In this document: positions 59,517 to 74,046 of the stretch, piece by piece
How the letters are laid out: every line of letters begins with the position of its first letter
Numbering within the stretch: position 1 is the first letter of the stretch
Source: Octopus vulgaris
Taxonomy: Eukaryota
Direction of reading: 5' to 3'
Assembly (NCBI GenBank): GCA_951406725.2
Contig: OX597823.1
Coordinates: 38,336,001 to 38,460,000 of the forward strand
Length of the DNA stretch: 124,000 nt
Made by a program: the position numbers and the translations under genes
The notes under the pieces: generated by a model
What the model was told of the DNA's origin: nothing
Database searches by the model: none
Seen by the model: the letters and a program-made list of their open reading frames with translations, nothing else

Positions 59517-62500
59517 GTAGTGTGTCTTACTTTTGGAATGTCTGTGTGAGGGGTGGTGGCTGTGTGATGTGTACTTTTAACAATGTATTAGTTGCCTGAA
59601 CTTGTTTAGAAGTCTTTTATAACTCTAAAGACATTTACAACACTTCATTGTGATAGAGAAAAGTTTGTTATGAAAATAATATGGGGTAACTTATGAGCTG
59701 AGAAAAGGGGAGAGAGAGAGAGGGTGGGGAGAGAAAGAGAGAGAGAGGGGGAGAGAAAGAGAGAGAGAGGTTGGGGAGAGAAAGAGAGAGATAAAATTTG
59801 TAGCAATTATAGTTGTTTGGATAATATTTTGAGAGCTGCAAGCTGAAGATTTATTTCCTGAGATATCATCCCCCCTCCTCACCCCCTCCACCACCATCGT
59901 TTGCAGAGAGTAAATAGAGCATATTGTATGTCTGCCCAATGGGGATGTACAGGTATGGAGAAGATGTTAAAGTTATGTGTGGAAACTGATGGAGATATGT
60001 TGAAGAATACCAATGAAATAGGATTAAGAGTAGCTTAAAGTGTCAGCAAGTAGACCATTGGAGAATTTTGGTGCTGTACTTCAGTCTATGAATTCCATCA
60101 ATACAAACTGCAAAAGCTTCTAATTGGTTCTGCTTTTTATACTTGACACGGTCAATGGTTTTCCTAGTGTCACAGATAGCATTGATTTCCCTAAAGTTTA
60201 CAAGTATCAGCGTTCTTTCCTACCTTTGTATTTACAAAATTCTGATTTTACTGACCTTGTACTGGTAGGTTTCTGAAGAGAGACAGAGATTCAAGATAGT
60301 GTGGAGGAGGTGATAATTTTGAATGATTGTTTCTACCATCATCATTTAGCATATATGTTCTATGCTAGCATAGGTTGGATGCTTTGACAGGATCTGATGG
60401 GCCCATTGAACTCCACTGTCTGCTTTGACATGGTTTCCATAGTTTAATGCCCTTCCTAATGCCAACCACTTTACGGCATGTACTGGATATTTTTTGCATG
60501 TCACCAGCTGTAATAAAGTCACTAAACAGCTTGCAAGACTACTAGTGGTGGGTCGTTTTATGGTAGGAATAAGGAGTAAAAGTATGCGAGAAGACGCCTA
60601 ATTTTCTAATTTCTTTATTTCTTACCACATTACCAAAAGTATTAAATTAAATTTTATTGGTGTACATTTTCAAATTGAATTATATTCGATGTCATTATAT
60701 TTTATAAAGGCAGTGAACTGATAGAATTGTTAGCACATTGAGCAAAATACTTAGTGGAATTTCATCTGCCTTTATGTTCTGAGTTCAAATTTTGCTACGG
60801 TCGACTTACAGGGCTGATAAAGTAAGTACCAGTCAAGTACTGGAGTTGATATAATCGAATTACTCCACTTCCCCGAAATTATTGGTCTTGTGCCAAAATT
60901 TGAAACCAATATTCTGATTAAGATGGTGAGCTAGCAGAATCATTAGCACGCTGGGAAAAATGTTTAGCAACATTTTGTCTGTCTTTACATTCTGAATTCA
61001 AATTCTGCAGAGTTCTATTTTATCTTCCATCCTTTCGGGATTGATAAAATAAGTACCAGTTGAACACTGTGATCAATGTAATCATCTTACCCCCTGCCCC
61101 AAAATTGCTGGCCTTGTCTCAAAATTTGAAATCAATATTCTGCTTCTATGTTCTGAGTTTGTGACATTGATGTGTCCTAAATTTGTGACTTTGATGTGTC
61201 TGTATTAGAAATGATTATCTATATTTTATGATATTTATATATCATATATTTTATACGTCTATTATTTTATTTAAGGCAGTTGGACTGGCAGTGGTATTTA
61301 GTTAATGCCTTATGATATTTAGTTTAAAACCCTTTACATTCTGAGTTTAAATCCTGCTGAAGTTGATGTTACCTTTCATCCTCCCAGTTAAATAATGATG
61401 TTGAGATAATCAATTCTTCCTTGCCTCCCACCACCTACATTTCTGGCTGTGTGCTTGTGTAACAAATTATATTCTATGATATTTTTAATTCTGGGTTTTT
61501 AATCCCTCACATCCACATCTTAGATATTGATTTATTCTAGCAGATTAGAATCATTTTCCTTCACAAGTGAATTTTTTGCTATAAAAAAATCTGTGCTTTA
61601 TTGAACAGAGAACAACTTTAGTTGAATTTCATGTTGTGTTAATATAACAAAGAGTAGAGTATTACTTTCTTTTTTTACATATGTGGAAGAATGGTACAGC
61701 TGAGTAATTTGTATGGGTTTATTAGCTTTGCATTGATGTGGATTGTTGAATAAGCTTTATGAAGATATTTGTTTCGAATCATCATTTAGCACCTGCATGG
61801 GTTGGATAGTTTGACCAGATCTGACAAGCCAGAGGACTGTGCTGAGCTCTTATGTCTGCTTTGGCTTGATTTCTATGGTTGGATGCCCTTCTTAATGCCA
61901 ACCACTGCACAGTGTACTGGGTGCTTTTTGTAGTCACGAAGTAACTTGTAATATAAGACCTCCTCAACTGAGTGTGGATGTAGTATTGCGATAGATAATT
62001 TTATGTCAAGTGTTGAGGGGTTAAAGTATGATTGGGAAACAGGAACAGGTGTCTAGCTGAAGAGAAGATAAATGACTTCCCCAACATGAAAGAAAAGAGG
62101 TGGTGAGGGCAGACTCCCGTGTACAAATTGAATATAAGAGAGAAAATAGAGAAAGAGGATTAGAAAGGGTGGGTGGATATGTATGTTTGTGATAGAGTGA
62201 CAGATGGTTAGCGATGGGGATTAGAGGTGGGTACAGTGAATGGGGCAGTTTATTCTTTTAAAAGAATACAAGGACAGAATAAGAGTCTGCTGTAGCTTTA
62301 CAGAAGAAAGGTAATACATTTTGTTTAAAGGGGAGCCCATCAGAGTGGTTTTAAAAAAAAAAAAAAAATACAGCTAAAATAATGTCAGTAAAAGATTTTT
62401 TTTCTTTTTGATACACATTTTAAATACGGGTCATATAAATGAAACATCTTTCAAGGTGATTCAATTGACTGCTTATAAAGTAATACAAATTTGAATGTTT

Positions 62501-62544
62501 TCCAATTAAATGAAAGTTTAGCTTATTAAGCTTAATGTGTGAGG

Positions 62545-62561
62545 GTTATTCTATTATATTA

Positions 62562-62604
<43 letters not shown>

Positions 62605-62640
62605 CATCATTATTATTATTATTATTATTATTATCATCAT
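62545..62640. repeat. (TAT)n trinucleotide repeat with CAT interruptions
   Basis: Direct reading. Confidence 0.95.
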
Positions 62641-65240
62641 ACAGAAGATCTGAAGTTATTTTTACTATCTAGGCAAAGATATTATTTACTAGAAAAACTA
62701 GAATTGTCTGGTAAGGAAAGTAAATGAGTGGAAATAGTAGAGTATTGTTTATACCAATAGCTACTGCTTTATCAGTGCTGAACATTGCCAAGATCGCTTT
62801 CATTTTAAAGTCATCAAATGTTATGATTGGCATTGGAACAAATTTTGGAGATAAGAGAGAGAGAGAGTGACTAATACACTGGACATGGAGTTTGTTGGTT
62901 CAAATAAGTGGATACAGAAAAAGTGTTAGTTTTAGAAAGATAATAGTTTGCCATACCAGTAACGGTTTGTCAACATTAATAGTTGAGAAAAATTTGAGCT
63001 TAAATGAATATGTAGCCAAAGGAAGAGAAAGAGAGAGAAAGAGTGGCAGGAGGGGCAGATAAATATGTTTTAAATATGGCTATGTTTTCTTTTCTATTAT
63101 TTTGGACAATGTTTTGGTTGTATTTCTTGAGAAAAAAATTGCACATATATAATGTGAATTGATTGATCTAGTTCTCAGAAAGCAATTCTATTTCGATGGA
63201 AACACAGAACTAAGTGAAACTATTAATGGAATTTAGGGGAAATATTCATATCTCCATTATAATATAGAACAGTCTTTGTTTTGTTTTTGTGGGTGCAGCA
63301 GATTTTGTTTTGTTTTGATTGTCAGCATTTTTATTAATAGAGCTTCGAAAAAAAATTTTATATTTGGTTTTCTTCCCATTCTTTTTCTATCTTCCTTTGT
63401 CCATTTGTTTCTTTTTTTTTCTGCTTCTTTATCTTTATACCTCACTCTTCATCAAAACTGACCATTCAAGACAGTTGCCATTTCTGTGCTAACTATTCAG
63501 GATCATATATATGTGTGTGTGTGGAATTCCATTGGTTACAATAATGATAGTACCAGTTTATCTGAGCAACGGAACAGCTTGCTCATGAAATTAACATGTA
63601 AGTGGATGAGTGCTCCACAGACATGCATTTCCTTAATGTAGTACTCAGAGAGATTCAGTATGACACAATGTGCAAAGGCTGGTCCCTTTGAATTACAGGT
63701 GCAACTCATTTTTGCTAGCTGGGTAGACTGGAGCGACATGAAATAAAGTGTCTTGCTTAAGGACAGATGCACTGCCAGAAATCAAACTCGCACCCTTGCA
63801 ATCTCCAGCCCAATACCCTAACCACTAAACCAGCTGTCCTCCTTGATTACCACATTAACTCTTTCATGACTAAATTTCTGTGATTTTTGGTTGAATTCTT
63901 GATTATATTTTAGATTAATACAAAATAATGAAGAATTTGGTTGTCATTAGTGAAATAGCTAATTTTCAGATTTATTTCTATCTTAAGCTAGTTTTGGAAC
64001 AATTTCATAAAAACTTTTTGCATAGAATTGTCAAGGTAGATTATGATTTAAGTATGAATTCTTTAAAACAATTGGTTTATAAGGCCAGTTAATATCAAAA
64101 AGTTTAAACACTTTGAGCAAGCTCCTCTTCTCTAGAGGTGTACCTCCTGGAAGTTCTTTTGCACCCATATTGTCCATCCCACATATAAACTTCAATAATT
64201 CAAATAAAAAAATGAATTACTCTAATCACTGTCTACATAAATAAATTATATGTGTGTGTGTGTGTGTGTTTCTGTCTATCAAACCCATTCATACGATCTC
64301 AGTTGGGCAAGTCTCTCCTGAGACTTGCCCAAGGTATCACATTGTGGGACTGAATCCAAGACCACATGGTTGGGAAGCAAACATAGACATGCCTGTGTAA
64401 ATAATTGATTGCTTTAATCAGTTTTGATCATTATTGCTAAGTGGACTAGAAACATTCATGATACTGTTACTTAAGATAGTATTTTACTAGGTTTAAATTT
64501 CTTCTACTATCTAGTTTATTGGTTCCATTTCAATTTAATCACTTTGCTAAATGGAAGTGTAATCCTATTTGTACTAATTGCATTAGAGAATAGTGCAATT
64601 CCTAGAGATAGTCAAAAGAAACCTCCTAAACCAAATTAAAGATGATTTTTGAAAGAAAATAAATTTAGAATACGTAAAGTGTACTAGCCATCTGAATGTG
64701 GCTAGCCACTGGGGGTGGGGTGTTACTGACGCTTTTAGCCCCAGGAGATCGACGTCTCCAGCTGGCCTTAGACACAATTTCAGAGAATAACTATCGGTCT
64801 AATAGTAAATGACTATTAAAATCTTACATTTATTTAAATGCTTCCTTTAGTGTCATTGGTTATAATGTTCTGATGAGTCAGTTATGAATTCACTATATAT
64901 CCCATGGTTAGAGTGGCATAGGAGTGTTTTTTCAACTCAGGAACAATAAATACTGCAAGGTAATTTTGTTTGACATGTTGCAGATTGGCAGTTTTTGCAC
65001 TGATGTGTGTATTCCCTGTTCCTACACACAATGGGCTTCTGCAAATTTCACTTACAAACCATTAATCAGCCCAAAGTCATGGGCTTAAGTTTACTGCACC
65101 GTAATGATGCTTGCTTCCCAACCACATGGTTCCAGGTTCAGTCCCACTGGGTGGTATCTTGGGTAAGTGCTTTCCATTATAGCCTCAGGCTGACCAAAGC
65201 CTTGTGAGTAGATTTGTTAGACAGAAATTGTAAGAAGCCT

Positions 65241-65277
<37 letters not shown>

Positions 65278-65280
<3 letters not shown>

Positions 65281-65490
65281 GTTAATCCAAACAAGAAAAC
65301 AAAAAAAACACAACAACGCAAGGACGTGGAACAAATAAAGTATTATTGGACGCTCAGGAAAGAAGGGAAGAAGGAGGGTTTAACGTTTCGAGCGGAGCTC
65401 TTCATCGGAAACATAGGAGAAGGAAAGATCCCGAGAAGGGAAGACAGAGGAAAAAAAATCGCCGGTGGTACTCATGAGGTCACATACTGA
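65278..65490 (-). mobile_element. Short Penelope-like fragment between two (TA)n tracts, with a near-canonical minimal hammerhead
   Basis: Minus 65412-65378: gttt-CCGATGA-a-gagc-tcc-gctc-GAAACGTTA-aac. Confidence 0.55.
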
Positions 65491-65523
<33 letters not shown>

Positions 65524-67534
65524 AAAGGTGTCAATACATTATTTCTAAAGCCTACATTTTCTCACTGCTACTTAGTAAAATGTCAGATCTTACAGTATGT
65601 TGTTTATTTTTGGCCATCAGTTTAATATATTGCCTAACAAAATCTCTAAGTATTGATTAATAGCATAACTTGATAATCCTCTTAGCTTTCACTGTCCAAT
65701 GACATTTTCTAGTACTATAGTGGGATTTACATAATCACTAGAAGTATTGTTCTTAGAAACTTTAGTCATTGATGAACATAGCTACACTGGTTTGATTATT
65801 TAATCTGTTACAATTGAGAACAAATCATTCTATTTGGACTTTCTGTATATACTTAAAGGTAAGAACAGATTGCTTCAACTACAGAGTTGGTTTTCCAGTT
65901 CAATTTGTTGTTTTTAAAAATATAGCTTTAAAATAATACAAACTAATGATGCATTTTTGTAAAAAATATTATTTCTTTTCGATAAAGTGTTTATTTAAAA
66001 AACAAAACAATTGAAATTGACTATTTCACATTTATGTCATCTCGCTTTATGTAAACACTGCTGTTGCTGCTCACACAATTCTGCACTTTAAGCACATTCG
66101 AGAATTCCTTTGTTTAAATTATTAAATGTTTAGTTCTTTATTACTAACAATAAGGAGGAGAAATAGAAGAGATAATTTGCTGCTATTATAGAAAATTGCT
66201 ACTTGTAAAGTGCAACACAACTCAAACAATTCTATTGCTCTTGTGCTCATATTATATCTAATGGCTATTTTGAATAAGAAAGCTGATTATTATTATTTAC
66301 ATAATTTAAAAATTAAATTAAGATTATTTATCTGATTAAAATATTCTCCTTAACCAGGGCAGTAATTTCATAAACAACTTTTCAGCATAACACAATTTTT
66401 TAAAAATTAGTTTAGAATATGATGTCATTAGTTTAACTATATATTTTGTGAGGAAACTGTTACCAATAGTTGAGAAATTTTAATATATAATAAAGTATTT
66501 ACATAATAGACCATTTCTGTCACAGTCTGTTCAAAATATTTACCTTGAGCAGAAAACACCTTTGCTAGTTTTACTCCTCTCAAATTCAAAATTTTGTAGA
66601 AAGTTATCTTATTTAATGTTTTCTGTTTTATACTTGTTAATACCATTTGATATTAATATGCTATGTATTTAATAATCGTTGATATTATAGTTCTTAACAT
66701 TTCTGCTTTACTTTTTCATTCTCAGTATTCTTTTTATGAATTTACTTAGTATTATTTTCAATGATTCTTCTATGTTTAAATTAAGATTTCAAAATTAACT
66801 TTCTTAATCAGTTTAGTATTGTTAATATTTTGATTTTCAATTTAATCAAATCACTGCTGTTTTGATATATTGATTGAAAGGAATTTATTTTTAATCTTTA
66901 GATTCATCAGGAAATTTTACTAGTTTCACACTAAAATTTAATGGTGAAATTTAGTCATATTTAAATACTTCAATTCTATTTTGGTTCTGTTTTATTTAAC
67001 TTCTTAGAATTCTACTTTAAAATGAATGAAACGACTTATTTACTTCAAAAATTGTTTATTCTAACAATTTATAGCCTTCTAAAAATACATCATCTTACAG
67101 AAGCAATATTTGTGAGAGTTTTTGTAGTTTTTTTTTAAAATGTTCCCATCTGTTTAATTATCAGATGTATCTATAACAGAATTGACAACCCTTCAAAATT
67201 ACAAGACAGAAATTATAGATCCTTACATATAATAGAAAAAACATTTTAAAATTCTATTTTTTAATCAATTATGTGAAATTTAATTGGATTAATGAATCAA
67301 CAATAAATTTCTATTTGAAGATATCTTTTGAAAGGTGAGATAGAAGAATGTTTAAAAATGGGTTCATTACTTTTTAAGATAAAAGTTTAAATTCAATAAG
67401 ATTCTGTAGTTGTACATTGTATAGATTTTACTGTTCAGTTATTGTACTGTTAAATATGAAGCTATCAATCTTTTTTTGTTATCTACATTATGTAGATTTG
67501 TGACGTGAACTGTTGAGATGCTCAGCTCAGTATC

Positions 67535-67621
67535 ATGGACTTTTTGGAGTACAGCAGTCCTCTGACCTTGGAGTCTTTAACAGGGAATACTGCAGTCTTT
67601 CTGTCATCAGTATTCCAGGCT
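67535..67621 (+). CDS. Candidate alternative first coding exon MDFLEYSSPLTLESLTGNTAVFLSSVFQA (exon from 67496)
   Basis: Acceptor atgtag at 67495, strong Kozak atcATGg, 29 open codons, donor gct|gtatgt in phase 0; unique GC-richer island. Confidence 0.5.
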
Positions 67622-70600
67622 GTATGTATTATATGCACACTAGCAATAGATTATATCTGTATTAAATATGATATGTAGGCACAGAAAATGAGAGAGCAGT
67701 ATAGAAAAAAAAGATTTTATCTTCTTTCCTGTTGTCCTTTTCAACTATCAACTTCATTATCTATCTAAACCTTGTTTCCAATTTGTTTTTGTAAGTCATC
67801 AATCTCGAACTGAAAAGTGAAATTGCTTAAAGACTAGTACAGATAACTTTTCACTTGTATGTAGAACAGTTTCTACTACCTAAATTAAAAATCCAATGCT
67901 AATCCCATTAAACTGATTTAGTATGCTGATTGAAAGTGCTTAAAAAAACTAGGGCAACATGTCTAGTGTCAAAGGAACTGTAAATATGATAACTGGATTA
68001 CATCGAAATTTAATATTATTAGATTTGTCCTCATTGAATCCACTTTATATATACCAATATCTTTATTTTAGTCTTCTAAAATTTAATCTAGTAGTTCTGT
68101 GAAATCACGCCTAGTTACCTTTATCTTCAGTGTTTACTGTTAATTTATTAAAATGCATATAAATGTTAGAGTTTTTCATAGATTCCCATGGGTGTCTCTC
68201 TTTAATCTTTCAAAACTAATCAATATAAAATTGAACACACATTTGTGTTGTGCTATGGATAGCTTGGTTTTTAATATTAATTTTTAGTGTTTTAATGCAA
68301 AATAAATTACCATCATATCTATTCTTCATGCAGACATGGGTTGGATGGCTCAACAGGAGCTGGCCAGCTGGAGAGCTGCCTGGGCTCCATTTGTCTGTTT
68401 TGTCATATTTTCTATGGCTGGATGCCTTTGTTAATGCCAATCACTTTACAGAGTGTACTGGATGCTTTTAATGTGGCACCAGCATGGGTGCTTTGATGTG
68501 GCCTCAGCACCTGCGAACCTTCAAGTGCAAGATCTATCAGTTGAGAGAGGAATGTACCTGTATGTATGGAAGGCTATGATTTTACATAGCTTGATGTGTC
68601 TTCTCAAGCACTAAAAGCCACCAGAAGTCTTGATCCTTTGTGATCTCCCCTGTGAAGCCCAATGTCTGAAGATTCTTTTTCATCATCTCATTCCATTTCT
68701 TCCTGGGTTTTCCAAACATTTCCTCCACAATTAGAGATTAGCACTTCTTGATGCAGTTGTCCTCATCCATATGCATCACATGACAATACCAGTGCAGTCT
68801 TCTCTCTTACACACTATATCTGATACTCATGTACCCAATTTTTCTCTCAGATCATTTATACTCTGTTGTACATGCATACTGACATTACCCATCCAGCAGA
68901 GATGATGAAAATATTTCAAATAGTGCTTATATAAAGTAATGATAGCTTAATTTTTAATTACATACAAATGAATGGACAGGTACTTATCCATCTGTAAGCA
69001 AAGCAATGTTGTTTCACTCTCAAGTAACATTTATTTCATCATAGAATAGTTGGTGCTAGAAAGCATATACACTTGAATAAGAAAATATTTGCCTTGAACA
69101 GAAGATAAGAAAAATAGACACAAATATTAATTATTTGAAATTATTTTCTTATAGTGCAGTTATTATTTTAATTCATTGATGGATTCTATTGATATGTATT
69201 GATTTTCCAGTATCCATTATCGTTGCTAAAATTACCATGATAATACAAGCAAAGTATTAGTGGAAAACCAATATAAAATAGGTTTATTTTGAATCCTTAC
69301 TATTGAATTCTGAACTTATAAATACTATACAATCTTAGATATAATTTTATCTATTTTTATTACATATTTTGCATCTATATTTGAATTTAGTTATTTCAAA
69401 TATTTAAAAAATTAAAAAATTTTTCTATCTTCTTTCTCTCCCTCCCTTTTAAAAATTGTGAAATTATCTGATAAATATGATTAATTTAATTTCTGTAATT
69501 TCAGAATTACCATAGTAACCAACCCAGACATTGTTTTTAGATATCACATAAGATAGGGCACACAAACTGCTGCTCATAAGAATGAAATGTTTATCACTCT
69601 GTCCTTTAGTATGTTATTCTAGCAAAAGATTTAAAAGATGTTCTTGGTTAACTGGGTGTTACTATCTATGTAATTTTATAAATTAACATGTTTTTATTTA
69701 TGATTTTATAAAACCTTGTATTTTACACTGATATATTCAAACTAGTGTCTCCATCTTAATATTAAAATTACAGTATTATAGTTGTTGTATGGCAGCAAGA
69801 CATGGACATTAAACATCACTATAATGAATGCATTGACACAGTGCATGGTGGATGCATCATACTTGAGATCACTGTGCGATTAGAAGAGAAACATTTGGAT
69901 CCAACAGCAGACAGGAATTGATGACATCATCACTACTCTCAAGAAGAGCACAGTCAGGCCAATCACATTGCTGGATTTAAGGACAACAGGTGGATGATAT
70001 GAGTGACAAAGTGAACTCTGAAAGAATGGACTAAATCATGAAACAAACCAAAGGTGAAATAGCACAATGATATTACCTACCACCTGGGACTTGTACAAAC
70101 AAGATTGGTCAGAGATAGATGTTGGTGGAAACAGTCTTAGGAGAAGTTCCTCAATCTAAAGTGATATTAGCCCTAGAATGCATGAATAAATGACTTCTTT
70201 GGTCTTCTTTAGTTACAATGGTTGAAATAAAATGAAACTATAGTAGTCAAAACAAGGTGACTATTGGTCCAACAATACCAATGTATAATAATGATACTTC
70301 CTTGTTTTGGAAATTCAGACCAAAATTTTATAAATCCAGTTCAGGATTTATTTAAGATGGTGTGAAATATCATTGTAGCTGGCATGTCTTAGTTTAGCAT
70401 TCAGATTAATTCTGTCAAATGTAATCCTTATTTATTCATATTGTTTTGAATTAATCATAGATTATCATGTAGCTTTGAGATTTCAATGATGCAATTGATT
70501 ACATTTAGAATGACATTTTAAGTGAGATGCAAGAGGCTGGATCTGGCTGGTTTTAACATAAAACAGGCAGAATATTTGTGCCAGATATGGCCAGTTTAAA

Positions 70601-71055
70601 TGCTAAAAAATTAACACATTTTCTTTATAACGATTACATTTTTGCTGTTATATGATATGTATACATTTAAAATGTATCATACATCTTAAAGTATGAAAAA
70701 AATCTGTTGATAGTAAATATTTTGGTTAAAATCTAAACTGTTTCTGTATGTTCCAGGTTGACTTGTGTAGTTGGTGACTGAAGTGAATTTTAAAAATTAA
70801 ATATTATTATTTCATCTTGAAATAGTGTACTTAGATTAGAGAAGGTTGTACAACTAGGAGAGCTGTGAAGCTGTATATTGATATATAGTAAAATGTTACA
70901 GGTTGTAATGAAGTTTTGAAAAACATAAATGAATATTTTAAATGTATTTCTAAATTATAAACCCTGAAGAGGAAGCAAAAGGGAAGCATTTGGTTTGCAT
71001 TTGGATTCTGCACTAATGTCTTCACTAGTGATGGATTATCACTAAGTTTTCTAAT

Positions 71056-71774
71056 GAATCAGAAAACTACTGCTTTCAAAAAGTGTTTAGAGTGGAGTAA
71101 AAACCTACAGAATTGGTTTCTAGACCAGTGGAAGAATGTTATTTTCTCAGACAAGTCATCCTTTACCTTATTTCCAACCACTGGCTGAGTATACATGTGG
71201 AGACAGCCAAAAGAAGCATTTGACCCAGACTGCCTTCTTTCAACTGTTAAACATGGAGGAAATCTGGCTTTGTGCAGCTCCCAGCAAACAGTTTTTGTGG
71301 AAACTAGGTTCTCGAGGTGGTCATTAAGCTCTGCAGTAGTTTGGGAGCTGTACGTTTGGGATCATTTCTAACAATTCACGTAAGAATCCGACGGTCCCTA
71401 CCTGAAAGTTTTGGTTTTCTTCTGGAGTTTTGTTTTGACAAGGAGGTTTTTCCCTCTTTCTCAAAGGCTATCATTACTTTCGAGATAGTACTTCTTGATA
71501 CACTAAACATTTTGGCTGTTTTCGTTATGCTAGCACCTGCCATACGAGTACCAACAATTTGACCTCTTTGAAACTCCAATAGATCTGTCATTTTAATAAA
71601 TTTTAATTACCTTTTTCTGATGATATCAGAAAAGAAACAGCAGTTTTAGCAAAACATTTTAAGCAACACTAATAATAAACCAAAAAACATAAAAATAAGC
71701 AAGCTTTTGATGGTTTTATAGATATTTCAAAATTATGATGCTAGGTGTTTCCATTATTTTGTCCAACCCCTGTA
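71056..71774 (-). mobile_element. Tc1-like transposon 5' half with an internally inverted segment
   Basis: TIR tacaggggttggacaaaataatggaaacacc; HTH ORF 71376-71591 on minus; the continuation (WKNVIFSDKSSF...TVKHGG) is on plus at 71056-71260. Confidence 0.8.
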
Positions 71775-71783
71775 TATAAACTA

Positions 71784-72337
71784 TAAAAAATACAAAAATG
71801 GGATAAGAACGTAAAACATCTAGACAGTGTTAGGTGATACAAAAAATGGACAACAAAACATCCAGACAGACAATACAAAGAAAACAAGGACAGGTCATGC
71901 GGAGTTTTCTATCCTCAGTTGAGTTCCAGATTATCTTTGCAATTTCAGCTGGTTATACTCGAGATTGCTCCAATCTGGCCAGCACCAAGGAAAAACTAAG
72001 CTAAGAGCATTAGATTCCTTGGAAGAAAGCAGTGAATATATACGAAAGCAAGGACAGAAAAAACAGAGAAATGTTACACAAATACAAATGCACTGTTTTT
72101 TCCATCCTTGTTTACATATATATTCACTGCTTTCTTGCAAGGAATCTAATGCTCTTAGCTTAGTTTTTCCTTGGGGCTGGCCAGATTGAAGCAATCTCGA
72201 GTATAACCAGCTGAAATTGCAAAGATAATCTGGAACTCAACTGAGGATAGAAAACTCTAAATGACCCATCTTTGTATTCTTTGTATCGTCTGTCTGGATG
72301 TTTTTGCATTCTTGTCCCATTTTTGTATTTTTTTTAT
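71784..72337. repeat. Imperfect fold-back of a Penelope-like terminal repeat family, arms about 245-280 bp, 26 bp spacer
   Basis: 71784-72066 and 72093-72337 are reverse complements; same family at 100140-100560; CTGAGGA at 72241 without a complete core. Confidence 0.8.
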
Positions 72338-72398
72338 ATATAAAATATAGTGACGTACTTACACTTTGGTCTCTTATATGTAAGTATAGATATATATA

Positions 72399-73956
<1,558 letters not shown>

Positions 73957-74046
73957 TTGATTGATTGATTGATTGATTCTAGTTTCAGCTTATGAGCTGT
74001 GGCCATGCTGGGGCACCGCCATTTGGTGTTGCTACTTGGTTTCACT

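Noticed and set aside
72241-72265. Hammerhead in the 71.8-72.3 kb and 100.46 kb repeats
   Set aside because: CTGAGGA is present but I could not fold stem II, GAAA and NUH; at most a decayed remnant
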